A stretch of 64,000 nucleotides of DNA from Antedon mediterranea (taxonomy: Eukaryota; Animalia; Echinodermata), in assembly GCF_964355755.1 (NCBI RefSeq), contig NC_092670.1, positions 24,290,795-24,354,794 of the forward strand, read 5' to 3'. The stretch's first letter is position 1. Each line of letters starts with the position of its first letter. A program made the position numbers and the translations under genes. The notes under the pieces were generated by a model. The model saw only the letters and a program-made list of their open reading frames with translations, ran no database searches and had not been told where the DNA came from. Below are positions 26,001-36,800 of this stretch, piece by piece.

Positions 26001-28220
26001 TCGAATCGAACATCGACTTGGAACTATACGTACATAACAGTAAGCCAACGAGTTAACAACCTAACACTACAAGTAGCAATGATATAATATGGTCTTGAAG
26101 TATCGTGCAGGCGCGCAGCAAAAACAAATATCGTCAAACTAACGAGTTAACAATGTTAACAATGCAAATATCGCGCGCACGAGCAGAAAAATATTAATAA
26201 TCCAACGCGTTAACGACGACCCTAACAGACGTATCGTGAACACGCAAGTATTGAAACAACTCAATATAATCATGATATATTAACTCGAAAAAAAATTGTT
26301 GAGTCTAGCACTAAATTTGATTTGATTTTTTTTTTTACATTTGTGGGCGTTATCACATTTGTGGGAGATGGTTGTTTTCACATTTGTGGGCGCTGTTTGT
26401 TACATGTGTGGGTGATGCATTTTTACATTTGTGGTTGTTTTCACATTTGTGGGCGTTTTCACATTTGTGGGTTCAACAGGTCTTCTATTTAAGAAAATTC
26501 CTTCAAAGTAAACACAATACACGTTAGAAAAAAGGAAAGTGGGCCTGTTGGCCTATCACCAAATAACAGGTTCACTTTAGTAATCAACAAATATGTTGAT
26601 AATAATTGAATTTATGGTTTTCAATATTGATCAATATTGAACAAATGTATAAATGTTAACGCGAGAAAAGATAATAGCCTATATTGCAAAACCACAGGCT
26701 ACTTTGCAATGATTGTATACAGTTAAACTAAATGTTCAATCATTAGATTTATTGTTATAAATTCATAATTCGTATGAATACTTTAAAAAAAGTTAATTAA
26801 ACTCAATTAATTTTCAATTCTTAAATTTTCCAAAATGAATTGTTATTTGATGGGATTATGTTTTAGATATTAAAGATATGTTTTGTTTAACAAAAATGTT
26901 TTACAAAACATTAATCCCATCTCCAAAACAGGCGTCATAAAATAAATTTAAAAAAATAAAACAAACAATGGCCTAAACTGTTTATAATGTAATATAGAAA
27001 CTCTATGGCGTTAAAATAACATTACATTTGTACAATATTAATTTCCCAGACACACTTCGAAATAATTGTCAACATCATTTATAAATTTCGGTTATACATT
27101 ATTATTATTTCTGCTTCATTCTCTATTTTATTATTTCTTTATTATGTGTCGTATTGTACCTTAATCTAATATTGTTATCCTTTTGTTACACTTTGGTGAC
27201 TTTTTAGTTTAACCACTCTCACAAGATATTCACCGTTTACAAATTGTTAAGAAATTAGACCGATTAAAGAACATTTGTTAGGCCTATGTTTTTCCCCAAC
27301 TTGTTTCGTTGTCGTCAAATTCTTTTAGATATAACAATGATTAGTTCAGTAAAGATACCTACAATTTTTTGATTGGACAATGCTGGTTGTAATTATAAAT
27401 GTCTGTCCAGTTATAGCTTATTGGATTGTTACAATTATACTCGCATGTCACTGATGAGAACTGACAAGAGAAATTCACTGGGCAAACCGCTTCTATAAAA
27501 AACAGAATAAGAAATAAATAAATACAAAACAATAACCGATAAAATATAGTTACCAGACACTCATCAGGTAACGTTGTTACACATTATGATCGGGGGCTCC
27601 ATTCTGTACGACGGAGGAGAATGATTTACTCTAAGCCTGCGCGGTCACCTTCACCACTGAGTGTATTTTGGTAAGACTCTAGGCCTACGTTATTATTTTA
27701 TGTAGTCATAATAAGTTAGTAATCCTGATTCCTTGCCGTTGTTCATTGTGATATGGATAAGTTTGCTCGGTGACCTCCTCGTGTTATTTTACTATCAAAG
27801 ATGTATTGTCCCCAAAACAATACAAATGAAGATTAATACAACTTCAAACTTTTCCCCCGAAAATAAAAAAAATCAATTCAAACAAACCAAGACAATCGCT
27901 GGATTGACTTTTGTTTTTCTTTAAATTCCAGTTTTATCTAAATCATTGTTTTGTTTGATTTAATTTTTGGAGATATGAATTGTTTAACAAAAATGGGAAA
28001 CAAGCAATACTGCAGAAAATCGATTATTGGAAGTTTACTCAATTTTATAAGTCTGATAATCAAGATCAAGCGACTACAATAGCAAACATATACATTACAC
28101 TTTAAAAATATTATACATGTATAATGACAATAATAAAAGCATACCAGAAATATTGCAGCAGATAACAAGCGGTACAGTCAAGATTATGACGATTATGATT
28201 TTAAAGATGACAGCCATCAT
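13062..28220 (-). CDS. Leucine-rich-repeat GPCR (LGR type C, RXFP/GRL101-like), ~654 aa, 13 in-frame exons
   Basis: Exons: 28145-28220 (signal peptide MMAVIFKIIIVIILTVPLVICC); 27363-27492 (LRRNT CPVNFSCQFSSVTC); LRR exons 21529-21600, 21151-21222, 20820-20891, 20493-20564, 19864-19935, 18376-18447, 17509-17580, 16672-16743, 16193-16267, 14568-14639; and 13062-14097 (hinge + 7TM). All introns are GT-AG and the total is 1965 nt with no stop before the end. Confidence 0.85.
15081..16008. mobile_element. PIF/Harbinger-type MITE in an intron
   Basis: ~36-bp TIR CGCCCGTATTCTTAAACCGGACTTTAGTCGTAGTTC, TAA on both flanks. Confidence 0.8.
17020..18847. repeat. Recent tandem duplication (867-bp period) containing one LRR exon per unit
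   Basis: Exons 17509-17580 and 18376-18447 are identical (YLYSNQISTLPDDVFSDLTSLKEL) with near-identical flanking intron. Confidence 0.95.
19029..19383 (-). mobile_element. 5S rRNA-derived SINE (SINE3-type)
   Basis: 19268-19383 is a near full-length diverged 5S rRNA (ACCACGTTGAAACACCGGTTCTCGTCAGATCACCGAAGTTAAGCAACGTCGGGCC...), followed by a ~220-bp body and an A-rich tail. Confidence 0.8.
19394..19785 (+). mobile_element. 5'-truncated RTE-clade LINE
   Basis: KSLDGC..RMLRTVFNIHWSEHKTNKELYG..IRERRNRFAGHCFRS..LVVWKPRHGKRKPGR; (CAAGT)n tail; 12-bp TSD AAACGCCGACTG (19382-19393, 19786-19797). Confidence 0.85.
20350..22030. repeat. Tandem exon-intron units (~330-bp period) carrying LRR exons
   Basis: The intron segment GACTGGTGGACAACAACAT..AGAGACTTGAGGCAAG recurs next to the exons at 20493, 20820, 21151 and 21922. 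Confidence 0.9.
21922..21994 (-). pseudogene. LRR pseudo-exon (73 nt, +1 frameshift) or homopolymer sequencing error
   Basis: Splice sites are intact but there is A7 where sibling exons have A6. Confidence 0.65.
22580..24870. repeat. Foldback arrays of GACCACCTCTC repeats (forward 22580-23550, inverted 23970-24870)
   Basis: Includes a 214-bp internal direct duplication; ORFs 22580-22843 and 24617-24877 are inverted copies of one another. Confidence 0.8.
25319..25434. repeat. ~115-bp imperfect palindrome
   Basis: AACTGGAAAATTATTACTTTT..AAAATACATACACAA / TTGTGTATGTATTTT..AAAAGTAATAATTTTCCAGTT. Confidence 0.75.
25650..26110. repeat. Minisatellite, ~120-130-bp unit, about 4 copies
   Basis: The motif AGTAAGCCAACGAGTTAACAACCAAACACTACAAGTAGCAAT recurs. 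Confidence 0.85.
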
Positions 28221-29536
28221 TCTTCTTTACTCAACTCAACTAAAAATAAACGTTTACTCCATGAACTTGTTCGTTATGTTATAAACGTCTCGTGCTAACT
28301 TCTCATATATAATTGAATAATTCTGTTGCGTTGATTTTAGTGCGTATTAAACATTTAGACAAATTACTTCACCAGATATTACTAGTATAAACGTCTTAAA
28401 TAACCAATATCGTAAAGTACAACATTAAAAGTGAAGTAGTCGAGTAGTCCTCTTAGCCTACTGTTGCAAAATATTTTTTAACAGTGACTAACCCAGAGTT
28501 TGAGTCGAAAGTTCGCTAGTTCAGGACTTAACCCCCTGTCATTATAATAATATATATATATTGTGTTAATAATTTCAGTGCTATTATGCCTACAAAATTG
28601 TTTTCAATTGATGTGTCTTATAGAAATGGTGCTGTTTGTAATGTTAATTGTGGCACATGCAAGCGAAATCGGACATAAGTCGCATTTGTAGATTTGTAGA
28701 AACAGCCAAAAACATTAAAAGGCTGAAAAATTACATTTTTTATATTTACAGAAAATGATAGCTGAAACAATATTTATTTACATTACCCTGGTGTTTTTCT
28801 ATTTTGAGACAAATAAATAGATACATTTTAACATTTTGTTTAGTATGTTGGTTAAAAAGAATGATTTTCATAAAACCTATCATGTTTTATGCTTAAATTG
28901 AAAGTGTTCCATTGGGTTGATTTTAATGAAATTCATCATTTCTGTCCTTAACCTGAACAAAAATAATGCAGCCTGGTGTCTAGTCATATGTTGTATGCTC
29001 CTACGTTTATTTTTATTTGTGAAAGTTATCTCCTTTTTAGTTATTACCGAGTAAATCCTGTAATGTTTTAATTGTTGCTATATTTTGTTATATTCTTAAA
29101 TCTGGCTTTTGTAGAATTGTTTCTTTATCTTAATTCTCGTCAAAGTATACCTACACTATGAGAAAAGCACAGGTTGAATACGTAACTAGATTCTTCTTAA
29201 CTTTGATTTAACATGTGTCTTGGAGTATCTGCTTTGTTATTATTAATTATAATTGATAAGGTTCGTCGTCGTATTTGATATTAATTTATTGATTTAGGTC
29301 TTTAGTTAAATTTAACATTGCTTTCATGTTGTCTATACGCATTTAGATTTACAAATAATAATTCCTTCCTATGAGCTGTTTTTCTCTTGTAATGTAGAAT
29401 TAAGTCTACCGTATTGTGTATGTTATTACACATTCAAATATTATTGTTTAATATTGATTTGGAGTTTGCAGGGTTTTAACTTTATAACTTTAACCATGGA
29501 GAAATCTTTAACTAAATCATAAACTGACTGTATTAC

Positions 29537-29626
29537 TATGGCAAGCCTCAGCTGTCTGAAGTATTCAAAATATTATATTATTATATCATTTTTTAATTAT
29601 ATTATATATTGTATTGTAATGAATTA
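29537..29626. mobile_element. First 90 bp of the foldback element (copy 0), interrupted by copy 1
   Basis: Starts TATGGCAAGCCTCAGCTGTCTGAAGTATTC and breaks after GAATTA. Confidence 0.85.
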
Positions 29627-31929
29627 TATGGCAAGCCTCAGCTGTCTGAAGTATTCAAAATATTATATTATTATATCATTTTTTTATTGTATTATATATT
29701 GTATTGTAATGAATTATACGTTTTGCATTATATTACTTGGTTTTAGCATTATATTATATCTATTTCTAATATATTATGTGAAAAATGTAACAAATTATTG
29801 ACTTTTTGTATTATATTATTTGGTTTTAGCATTATATTATGAACATTTAATATTATATTATTAATAAAATACATTATATTATAATATAATTGTATTATAT
29901 TAAACGCATTTACTTTACTTTATAACATACAACATTATTATATTATACGGATTCGTTAGTTATATTATTATGTTGTATGATGTTTATTATACGTCACGGC
30001 TTATTTCAGTTCTTCTAACTCTTTCTCTCCCTCCCCCTGTTCACTAGCAATCAGCGGCCGGCAGAATCTGAATTGTGTGACTGTTGAAGAATAACTACGT
30101 ACTAGGCCTAGGCCTAGCCTAGGCCTACTAGGGGATCTAGACAAGTGACCAAGGATCACTGGACAGCTACAACTAATACTACAATACAATAATACTACTA
30201 CAATAACTACTACTGCTACTACCTAGGCCTAGCTAGTGAGTAGTAGGTAGCTACTACTAGGCTCTAGGGCGTATGTATGATGTTAAAGTTGTATTGTCCC
30301 CCAAAACATGAAAAATAAAGATGAAAAAAATCAAATTTTGAATAGACCATTTTGTAGTTATAATAAAGTTATTCACTTTCGCTGAAAAAAAATCCGGAAA
30401 AAATATTGATTTCGCTTATAAAAAATCAAAATAAGTTTACCATTTTTTCGAACTCATAAGTTCAGAAATTCCAAAATAACGATGGTTAGCTAACAGCTCA
30501 TAAATATGCATGATATGTTAATGAGTATCCAAACAGGGGAGATCCGATCTGTTCACCACGTAAACAAACATGTGCGAAGAACAGAAGAAAGTGCTGGGGT
30601 TTCCCTGATCGTATGATGTAAAAAGCTCTGCCGTTAATTTGCTGGTAAGTAGAATTCTATTTTTAGATGAATGACACATCCTCCTATAATAGTTTTTGGC
30701 GTATAGTTATAGGCTTAGCTATCTAGGCTAGGGCTATAATATAAGCCTACTTCTACTAATCTATCTAGTAGGGCCTAGGCCTAGTTAGTACTGTAGTTTA
30801 CTACTGTGTAGTGTAGTGTAGCAGCAGCTGTAGGCAGGCAGATAATCGGGTCAGAAAAGTAGACGGGAACCCACTTTGAGGCCTAGCTAGGTCCTATATA
30901 TCGTACTCACCGAACTGATGACAAAAAACGAACATTTGGAAAATGATCAGCATACAGTACCAAAGAAGTTGACGGTAGAATAGATTGTTGTTGTTGATAG
31001 CAACCAAAACGAAAACACTAGTAATTAGACTAGGCCTTTTTTAAGGAGGAGATGCACTTTTCAGGGATTCCTTACTGTACATTAGTACCCCAAATTGAAA
31101 ACTTCAGATTCATGTACAGAAATAATAATTATATGTATGCAATAAATTGTGAAATATTTAACTTTTCTATTTGACTTTTGTATTTATACATCATTGTTTT
31201 TCAATTTATAGACTTAAGCTAATGAAGACTGGAACAGAAGTTACACCCATACAGCATTTTAAAGGCAACTGGCAGTAGACTTGGTAGTGGAACACAAGAT
31301 AAATATTGGATGACTATCATAAAGCATTAGGCAAATGTGTTGGTTGTTTTCCAGCTTTTAAAATGTTGTATAGTTTTCATAATTCGAGCAATAACATTTG
31401 TATACAGCATTAAATAAATAAAAAATACTACTACAGTACATGAGATAAAATCACCATAATTTTAATGTGTGAAGATTTACAGTACAGTACAGTAAAAAAT
31501 GAGTTAATTACTGGTATATTTCATTGAATTTCTGCATTATTGTTGACAATTTATTTTCAACTATTAATTGATGTGTTGATTGTGGCATTACAGCAATAGC
31601 TTGTCTTCTGTGATTGTTCATCCATTTTAAAGTGTCATAGTAAGAAACGTTCAAATAAATATTGTGAATGTTGCTACCACATTTTGTGTTGATTTCTTCA
31701 CCATTTTCCACTACTTGCTCATATTGTTCATTCAAGTGTGTTAATACCTATTAAAAGAAAGACATTATTTATTAAAATATGTACATAAAAAGTTTAATTG
31801 TGTGAATGTTGGTTTGAACGTTATTGCTTTGGAAGAATTTTCAACATAACGGTACTAAGTACTGTAAAGTACACATTCCAAAAAAATATTTAACTTAGAT
31901 TATTTGGTCATTTTCTCTAAAATAATTAC

Positions 31930-32609
31930 TGTTAGGAGATACATTTATACTATTATATTATTATCACTTTACCATAGTATTGTACTGTATATATTATATT
32001 GGTTGTAGACTAGACCAAAGTTCAGTAACCAGGTTGTTAGTAATTGTACCTATGAGACTGCTCATAACTCAAGTTGTCAGAGACACTTGCTTGATATTCC
32101 ATATAAGGAAATTGTTACAACAACTTCATACTAAGATGATGATGTCATTTGAATTTCATCTTAAAACCAATTTCATCATCTTTAAGTTATTTGATGAGAT
32201 CATAATGATCACCCCACATATCCTGCATAAGAATATAAATAGTGGTACATTAACCATATTTAATCAGTCCTAATACGAATACTGACATAGCTAAACTAAA
32301 TGCTGTTAAAGTCTATTGAAGTATCTAGAAGTCTGTTTGACTGTTTTGAACAACTGAAGTAAAGCTTTATATTAGCCTTGGGCTCAGCTATATTTGTAAG
32401 TCTTGAATTTCTTTATGTATTTTGATTGTGTGTTACCACCATCTTATACTTTGATAATTATTTTATATTATTAATTAATCTTTATCTTTATAATCATTTT
32501 AATTGATTTTGTTATCTTTTGCTTTTCTGTTTGAAGAATAAAACGTAGATTAGAGTATAAAACTTATCCATTGTATTGCCTATCTTCTGTTTGTGCCTTG
32601 CATGTAACA
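31930..32609 (+). mobile_element. Probable Gypsy 5' LTR
   Basis: TGTTA...TGTAACA ends, AATAAA at ~32537, directly followed by a PBS and gag. The left boundary is inferred. Confidence 0.65.
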
Positions 32610-32614
32610 GAAAG

Positions 32615-32631
32615 TGGGGGGTCATCCGGGA
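32615..32631 (+). other. Primer binding site, tRNA-Pro-like
   Basis: TGGGGGGTCATCCGGGA versus canonical TGGGGGCTCGTCCGGGA; second copy at 49373-49389. Confidence 0.75.
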
Positions 32632-32738
32632 AGAACTTTAAATTTAACTTTAACTTAAATCGATAGGTTTATAGTTTTATACCTAGTTAAATTTGTTTTA
32701 TTTTCAAACATTTGTTTGTGAAATTAGTAACTGTTACA

Positions 32739-33821
32739 ATGGTCTTTGAACCAGAAACATTTTTTGCCGACCCTACCCAAGAGGTATTTAATAGTTTGAA
32801 AAAAGATGATTTGCTTAAACTAGCTACGCATCTAGGTCTAAAGGACGTTGAATCCTCTATGCGAAAGAATGATATTAAGAGTCGTTTATTAACTTATTTG
32901 GTTGAGGAAGACATTTTTGATAGTAGTGTTATGTCTTCCCAAGTTGATTCAAGCATTGATGCTAAATTAAGAGAAATTGAATTACAAAATATGAAAGAAA
33001 TTGAAATTCGAAGAATGGAATTGGAATTCGAAAGAGAGGAAAGAGATTTTAAATTAAAATTACGCGAATTAGAGCTAGCTAGTGGGATTAGTCAACCTAT
33101 TTCCAATCCAAAATTTGATGTAACTAAACATATTAGACTAGTGCCACCTTTTCAGGAGAAGGAAGTAGATAAATTCTTTTTACATTTCGAGAAAATTGCC
33201 GAAAATCTTAAATGGCCTAAAGAACACTGGACCTTGCTTTTACAAAGTGTACTAACTGGTAAAGCTAGAGAAATTTATACTGATTTATCAATTGAGCAAA
33301 GTTCATCATATGATGTAGTTAAAGAACTCATCTTAAAGGGGTATGAATTAGTCCCAGAGGCCTATAGGCAACAATTCCGAAATAAACAACGGCAAACTAA
33401 CCAAACACACCTTGAATTAGCACAAACCAAAGAACGGTTATTTGATCGTTGGTGTGCATCTAAGCAAACAAATAAAGATTATGATAGGCTTAGACAACTA
33501 ATTTTGATAGAAGAGTTTAAATCATGTATTACTCCTGATGTGAGGACTTATCTAGATGAGCAAAAAGCTGAGACCTTAAGTCAAGCTGCTCGACTGGCTG
33601 ATGACTATGCCTTAACGCATAAACAAGCATTCATTCAAAAGCCCCAGTCACAGTCAGTCATGTCTTCTGGAAACAAAGTCCAGCCTAATGCTAGTTCTCA
33701 AAGTGATACTACTTCTACTCCGCCTAAACCAACCTACACTCCTAACATTACATTATTGGATGTACAGTATAGGCCTAGTTACAATTTTCACAAATTTATA
33801 TTAGCATTAAAATCTAATTAA
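32739..33821 (+). CDS. gag: Gypsy (Gmr1/SCAN-type) Gag, truncated before the zinc knuckle
   Basis: LVPPFQEKEVDKFFLHFEKIAENLKWP..LTGKAREIY..YELVPEAYRQQFR..LILIEEFK..AARLADDYAL; the last ~25 codons read into non-Gypsy DNA; no pol. Confidence 0.9.
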   Translation: MVFEPETFFADPTQEVFNSLKKDDLLKLATHLGLKDVESSMRKNDIKSRLLTYLVEEDIFDSSVMSSQVDSSIDAKLREIELQNMKEIEIRRMELEFEREERDFKLKLRELELASGISQPISNPKFDVTKHIRLVPPFQEKEVDKFFLHFEKIAENLKWPKEHWTLLLQSVLTGKAREIYTDLSIEQSSSYDVVKELILKGYELVPEAYRQQFRNKQRQTNQTHLELAQTKERLFDRWCASKQTNKDYDRLRQLILIEEFKSCITPDVRTYLDEQKAETLSQAARLADDYALTHKQAFIQKPQSQSVMSSGNKVQPNASSQSDTTSTPPKPTYTPNITLLDVQYRPSYNFHKFILALKSN

Positions 33822-36800
33822 TCATGAAGGAAAAACCAAGCACCATAATCTCTCCTGGCCCTGGTGGTGACCTTATTTTCTATTTTTGGCAGCCATTCAC
33901 AAGTTTTCGCTTTTTTAGTTTCGCTGCTCTTATGTATAATTTTTTTTAATCACAAACTCTACATAGAAAAGAAAATTAAATGTTTTAAAATGAATGAAAA
34001 GTGATATGAATAATGATAAATTAAAGACTATTAATTACTATTATTAATATTATAGTATTATACTAAAAATAAGACGAGTTGGTGGTGTCGAAATTCACAC
34101 AAGTCACAATAAAACCATGGAGGTATAAAATATTTTATTTTTATACCTCCATGCTAAAACCTTATTCCTTACTCCATGCTCACAGATGAATGTTATAGGC
34201 CTAATCCTATTTAAAGCTAGGTTGGCAATAACTATTAATAAGGCTTACAAGTTGTATCTATTAGTATTAGCTAGGCCTGCTACTCACTCAGGGTGAACCC
34301 TCACTCAGGCCTACAACTAGGCCTAGTACTACTACTACTACTAGACTAGCTACTACTCTAGGCCTAGCCAATAGATAGGGGATAGTACACTAGATAGCCA
34401 GTACAGCTGTAATGGGCTAGCTAGGCTTCCTATACTAACTAACAAAGCTGCACCATAGAAACTACAGTTCTTACTTACCAATCTGCTAGGGCCTAGCCAT
34501 AGTCTTTTCTTCAAGTAGGAGTTGTTTTTGTTGTTGTTAAACTACAGAACTTTCCCACATCGTCGTCTCGCCATATCACGTCGTATTTTTTTTCTGATGA
34601 CCTAGAGGTCACATACACGCACAAGAATCATACAATATGCATAATTCATAAGCTAATTCAGGTCAAGGGTTAAATTAAACCGGAAGCCAGCTGGCTGCCA
34701 GCCAACCGACTTCCGGTTGACTATTTTTTACTTTAAATTACGATTTTCTAAGGTAAATAATTTTTTTTTGGATCCAATTTTTTTTCAAAGTGAATAACTT
34801 TTATGTATCATTAAAATGGCCTTTAAAAAAAAAAAAAATTTTGTTCAGGGGGACAATACATCTTTAACTACTAGGTAGGGCCTAGGGCTAGGCCTAACTA
34901 GAGGCCTACTAGTACTAGGCTAGGCCTAGACTTAAGTTGTAGTAGGCTAGGGCCGGGCCTGCTGCCTTAGGCTAGGCTACTACTACTACTACTACTAGGC
35001 AGCCCATGATGGGTACAAGTAAGCCAAAATTTTGGATATATGTAAACCAAAATTTGGGTACGAGCGTGTTGGCATGGCATGCATGGGTACGGGTTAACCT
35101 GTATCCTTCTAGCTAATCGTACTATGCCTAGGCCTCAAGTAAGTCTACGCTACCCAGTCCGGCTACAATATGGTCTATTTTGTTTTATAGCTTTATTGAT
35201 AGCTGGGTTCAAATCTGGGTTGGGACGGCTTTTTCTCATTCTAAAACAGATTTCCTTATAATAAAATAATATATGAATTTATTTGTAATATTGTAATGTA
35301 TACATAATATAAGTAATTGCCATTGCCTTTATTACTATTAATTATGTATTATACGGTTACCCCTTAATTATACTATAGTATAATTTCCTTGTTATATTTT
35401 ACAATATTTTCTTCCTAATTCTACAATTTTGTCTTTCACAGCACAAATTTATCATACTGAATCATCACACACCAAGTCTCATAAATCTCTACTGTATTTG
35501 TCCAAGCTACTCCAGCTACATGGTATTGCCTTGAGGCTAAATTACACGGTATACTGGCACTACCATCATTCCTGGCTCGTCAACCTGTACCACATTAGCA
35601 CAGTTTCAGTTTCAGTTTATTTACCATTTCAATTTCTGAACATAAGAGATGAACAACTTATATGGATGGATAACCGTAAGAGCGAAGCTCGTTTACCAGT
35701 CACCCGTTAGTGCAGTGACATTACAGACAACATAAAGACAGGACAAAGGTGCAATACTTAACAAGACATGTGAACAGTTGTGTTTGCAACCCCTTGGATA
35801 AAATAATATATTTATATAATGGAGAAAGTTAGATATTATAATATTTCTTTTTGATCATACAATGATAATTTTTAAATTACTTCTTAAGAAGTCATACTAC
35901 TGATTCAAAATAGTGACTTACACCATGTGGTCAAGGCTTTCTTTGCTCTTATGCTTATTTCCTCCAACATACAGAGTAAATAGGACTTTTTTTATTCATA
36001 ACTGTTGAATTGTTTCCCAATACATAGTACCTATTGGTATTATATCTAAAAATACAAAGGCGGCTAACACAGATAGTTCCATATATACAGTACTCTTTTA
36101 TAAATAAATGTATCTCTCCAAAGTACTCCCAACTACCTAATCTAATAATAGTACTATTTGCATACTACTATACACTTTGTAGACAAGAAATAAGTTGTAT
36201 ACACTAGAGGACTTATGGTAGTACAGTCGATCGCCCTCTCACTGGCCCGGTCAACATAATCTATACCTAGATTATTACAGTAATTAAAGTACATTATTAC
36301 AGAGTTTTTTTTTTTTTTGCAGAAATCAAATTTATGTGTATAGAAAGCAGTACTCGTATTAAAAACTAAGCAGGTTTTTGAACGCAGACTGGCAGGATAT
36401 TTTGAATATTTTTTGTTGTTGAAATGATGGAATCCTAACTTCAATTTCCACGAACCCTTTTATTTAAATTTATTTGAATAGACCTCCATGTAAACTCATT
36501 AAAGGCTACATGATTGTTTTATATTTTAATATGTGATAGTAGAAAATCATTGTGTATAATGAGGACTATGAATCTGATATTTACTTGCATTCTCATCTTT
36601 TTAAATTATTATTTATAATGCCGGTAATGAGTTTAAAATTTAATTATATTGACTATTTTTGATAATCATCATGTCCTTATAAATTCATTTATATTTCTTT
36701 TGTGTAATATAGTTCATATATTATGTATTAAGTAAATTGGTAAGGCCCTATACTGTTACTATTTAAGGAAAGTTTATATACACTATTATTTTATGCCTAC

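Larger units (their letters stand above)
22309..26478. mobile_element. TIR element with TGT...ACA ends and CACAAATGTGAAAA subterminal repeats, interrupting an LRR exon
   Basis: TGTTGAACCCACAAATGTGAAAAC matches its inverse at 26455-26478; exon remnants lie at ~22275-22296 and ~26483-26500; no clean TSD. Confidence 0.7.
30287..34863. mobile_element. Kolobok-type DNA transposon, defective (copy 1)
   Basis: TTAA TSD; TIR AG(T/A)TGTATTGTCCCCC; the empty site GATG-TTAA-CTAC is present in the other arm (53260-53263). Possible KolX remnant (NRSYTHTA..RQ / GSRLGSG) at ~31213-31300. Confidence 0.85.

Noticed and set aside
27555-27660. Possible extra GPCR exon (CVTTLPDECL before a GT donor)
   Set aside because: Every acceptor and frame I tried meets a stop, and exon 1 already joins exon 2 in frame.
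28930-29530. Possible old LINE C-terminal fragment on the minus strand (FRLRT-like)
   Set aside because: Too decayed to support by eye.
29537-29561. Canonical Helitron 3' end
   Set aside because: The end is GCCATA rather than CTRR, and the 6-nt stagger plus either-arm terminus fit a TIR element better. A rolling-circle origin is not fully excluded.
35079-36444. Short ORFs recurring in the foldback arms (MSFTAQ..., MHGYG..., MKLGF...)
   Set aside because: They recur only because the DNA is duplicated; no domains, mostly non-ATG starts, and frames differ between arms.
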